From assembly GCA_965228735.1 (NCBI GenBank), contig OZ245838.1, positions 928,001-992,000 on the forward strand: a DNA stretch of 64,000 bases. Direction: 5' to 3'. Shown in pieces: positions 61,742 to 64,000 of this stretch; the stretch's first letter is position 1, and every line of letters starts with the position of its first letter. This DNA comes from Planctomycetota bacterium (GTDB taxonomy: Bacteria > Planctomycetota > UBA1135 > UBA2386). The notes under the pieces are model-generated. The model saw nothing but the letters and a program-made list of their open reading frames with translations. It made no database searches and was not told the origin of the DNA. The position numbers and the translations under genes were made by a program.

Positions 61742-64000
61742 ATGGCGGACGGCACTGCCGAGCACGAGCGGCTGCGACTGAGCAAGAACAGGGAGGCCAA
61801 CTGGCACCGGTGGGGTCCGTACCTTTCGGAGCGCCAGTGGGGCACGGTGCGCGAGGACTACTCCCCGGACGGCAACGTCTGGGAGAGCTTCGGCCACGAC
61901 CAGGCGCGCAGCCGGGCGTATCGCTGGGGCGAGGATGGCCTGCTCGGGATCACGGATCGGCGTTGTCGGCTGTGCCTGTCGTTCGCGTTGTGGAACGGCG
62001 CGGACTCGATCCTCAAGGAGCGCCTGTTCGGCCTCACGGGTCCCGAAGGCAACCACGGCGAGGACGTCAAGGAGGAGTACTTCTACGTCGACGCGCTGCC
62101 GACGGCGTCGTGGCTCGTCGCGCTCTACAAGTATCCGCAGCAGAAGTTCCCGTACGACGACCTGCGCGCGGTGAACAAGAAGCGCGGTCGCGACCAGCGC
62201 GAGTACGAGATCAAGGACACCGGGGTGTTCGACGGCGGCTACTTCGACGTCGTCGCGACCTACAGCAAGAGCTCCCCCGACGACATCCTCGTCGAGCTCG
62301 ACGTGCACAACCGCGGCGCGAAGGAAGCGACGCTGCACGTGCTGCCGCAGCTGTGGTTCCGGAACACGTGGGACTGGGGCCGGGATGGTGAGGGCTACTG
62401 GCCGCGCGGTCAGATCCGGCCGGCGTTGCCGAGCGAGGGCGGCCCCGTCGACGGCGCGGCCCGCGTGATCGCACATGGCGCCGATCTGCCGCCGTTCGCG
62501 CTCGATCTCGACCACGTCGAGGGCGGCGAGTTCCGGCGGGTGCTCGCGACGGAGAACGAGACCAACATGGCGCGCGTCTTCGATCTCGAGGTCGACGGGC
62601 CGAAGAAGGACGCGTTCCACGACTTCGTCATCGATGGCGACGAGACCGCGGTCGCGCCCGACGACACGGGGAGCAAGGTCGCGTTCCATTGCGTGCTCGT
62701 CGTGCCGGCCAATGGCACGTCGCGGGTCCGACTGCGGCTGCGGCCGGTCGAGCAGGCCGTCACGATGAAAGCTGCCTTCGGAGCCGCGTTCGGCGCCATC
62801 GTCGCGGCGCGGCGCACGGAGGCCGACGAGTTCTACGCCGCGGTCCTCGGCCGCGCGGCCGCGGACGCAGAGCCGAAGCGGGCCGAGGCTCGCGCGATCC
62901 AGCGCCAGGCGTGCGCGGGGCTCGTGTTCACCAAGCAGTTCTACTTCTACGACGTCGACTCGTGGCTGGCCGGCGATCCGGCGCAGCCCGACCCGCCGCC
63001 GAGCCGCTCCAACGGCCGCAACTCGGACTTCCGGCACCTCTACAACCGCGACGTCATCTCGATGCCGGACAAGTGGGAGTACCCGTGGTACGCGGCCTGG
63101 GACCTCGCGTTCCACATGATCCCGTTCGCGCGGCTCGACGGTGAGTTCGCGAAGGACCAGCTGCTGCTGTTCCTGCGCGAATGGTACATGGCGCCGAACG
63201 GCCAGATCCCGGCCTACGAGTTCGCGCTGCACGATGTCAATCCGCCGGTGCACGCGTGGGCGTGCTGGCGCGTCTACAAGCTCACGGGCAAGCGCGGCGA
63301 ACGCGATCGCGAGTTCCTCGCGCGCGCGTTCCACAAGTTGATGCTCAACTTCGCGTGGTGGGTCAACCAGAAGGACCCGCACGGCAAGCACGTGTTCGGC
63401 GGCGGTTTCCTCGGCCTCGACAACATCGGCGTGTTCGATCGCAGCCAGCCGCTTCCTACCGGGGGGCACCTCGAGCAGGCCGACGGCACGGCGTGGATGG
63501 CGTTCTACTGCGCGACGATGCTCAGCATCGCGCTCGAGCTCGCCGTCGAGGACAAGACCTACGCGGACATCGCGTCGCGCTTCTTCGAGCACTTCGTCGC
63601 GATCAGCCACGCGATCAACTCGCTCGGCGGCAGCGGCCTCTGGGACGAGGAGGACGGCTTCTACTACGACCAGATCTATCGCGACGGCGCCGGCGAACGC
63701 CTGCGGATCCGCTCGCTCGTCGGGCTGCTGCCGCTGTGCGCGGTCGAGGTGCTCGACATGGATCGCATCGCGCAGCTCCCGGGGTTCAGCAAGCGCCTCG
63801 ACTGGTTCCTGAAGAACGAGCGTGAGCTCGCCCAGCGGGTGACGTTCGGCAGCGTCGACGGTCGCGAGTCGGCCCTGCTCGCCCTGCCGTCGCGCAGTCA
63901 ACTCGAACGCGTGCTGAAACGGCTGTGTGACGAGGCCGAGTTCCTGTCGCCATTCGGCATCCGCTCGATGTCGAAGGCGCACCAGAAGCACCCGTTCAAG
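61742..64000 (+). CDS. GH63/MGH1-like glucosidase; 3' end runs off the window
   Basis: Not in the ORF track; translated by hand. WGPYLSERQWGTVREDYS, GNHGEDVKE, SMPDKWEYPWYAAWDLAFH, GGFLGLDNIG, EQADGT. Confidence 0.93.
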   Translation, partial: MADGTAEHERLRLSKNREANWHRWGPYLSERQWGTVREDYSPDGNVWESFGHDQARSRAYRWGEDGLLGITDRRCRLCLSFALWNGADSILKERLFGLTGPEGNHGEDVKEEYFYVDALPTASWLVALYKYPQQKFPYDDLRAVNKKRGRDQREYEIKDTGVFDGGYFDVVATYSKSSPDDILVELDVHNRGAKEATLHVLPQLWFRNTWDWGRDGEGYWPRGQIRPALPSEGGPVDGAARVIAHGADLPPFALDLDHVEGGEFRRVLATENETNMARVFDLEVDGPKKDAFHDFVIDGDETAVAPDDTGSKVAFHCVLVVPANGTSRVRLRLRPVEQAVTMKAAFGAAFGAIVAARRTEADEFYAAVLGRAAADAEPKRAEARAIQRQACAGLVFTKQFYFYDVDSWLAGDPAQPDPPPSRSNGRNSDFRHLYNRDVISMPDKWEYPWYAAWDLAFHMIPFARLDGEFAKDQLLLFLREWYMAPNGQIPAYEFALHDVNPPVHAWACWRVYKLTGKRGERDREFLARAFHKLMLNFAWWVNQKDPHGKHVFGGGFLGLDNIGVFDRSQPLPTGGHLEQADGTAWMAFYCATMLSIALELAVEDKTYADIASRFFEHFVAISHAINSLGGSGLWDEEDGFYYDQIYRDGAGERLRIRSLVGLLPLCAVEVLDMDRIAQLPGFSKRLDWFLKNERELAQRVTFGSVDGRESALLALPSRSQLERVLKRLCDEAEFLSPFGIRSMSKAHQKHPFK

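Noticed and set aside
60728..63991. 1087-aa minus-strand ORF
   Set aside because: Shadow of the pseudouridine synthase and GH63 genes on the + strand.

Overview
Very GC-rich (about 70% by eye), gene-dense bacterial chromosome segment, most likely Planctomycetota (it has a planctomycete cytochrome c/DUF1549-DUF1553 + DUF1501 cluster, a DUF1080 protein and a prenyltransferase/squalene-oxidase-repeat protein). It carries about 45 CDS. Housekeeping genes: rsmE, miaB, ribD, cysS, an RluA-family synthase and msrB. Metabolic clusters: a nucleotide-sugar operon (two epimerases, rfbA-rfbD-rfbB, no rmlC) and lutABC. It also encodes many exported proteins, a Ser/Thr kinase-ATPase-TPR protein and an ECF sigma operon. 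I saw no rRNA, tRNA, CRISPR array, transposase or prophage. The best candidate for an undescribed system is at 26186-34776: a giant TPR protein, ExbB, ExbD, a 1219-aa fusion (TolB-like propeller + TonB/TolA-type SxxxH membrane helix + long linker + terpene-cyclase-like barrel) and a SRPBCC protein, divergent from a DigH/YddW-like glycosyl hydrolase. Non-coding signals: a 215-bp MITE-like element with perfect 25-bp terminal inverted repeats, a perfect 28-bp-stem palindrome with REP-like relatives, and TANNNT boxes 6-7 nt before seven start codons (leaderless transcription). One lipoprotein gene is frameshifted. Family assignments come from recognising motifs by eye; no database search was run.
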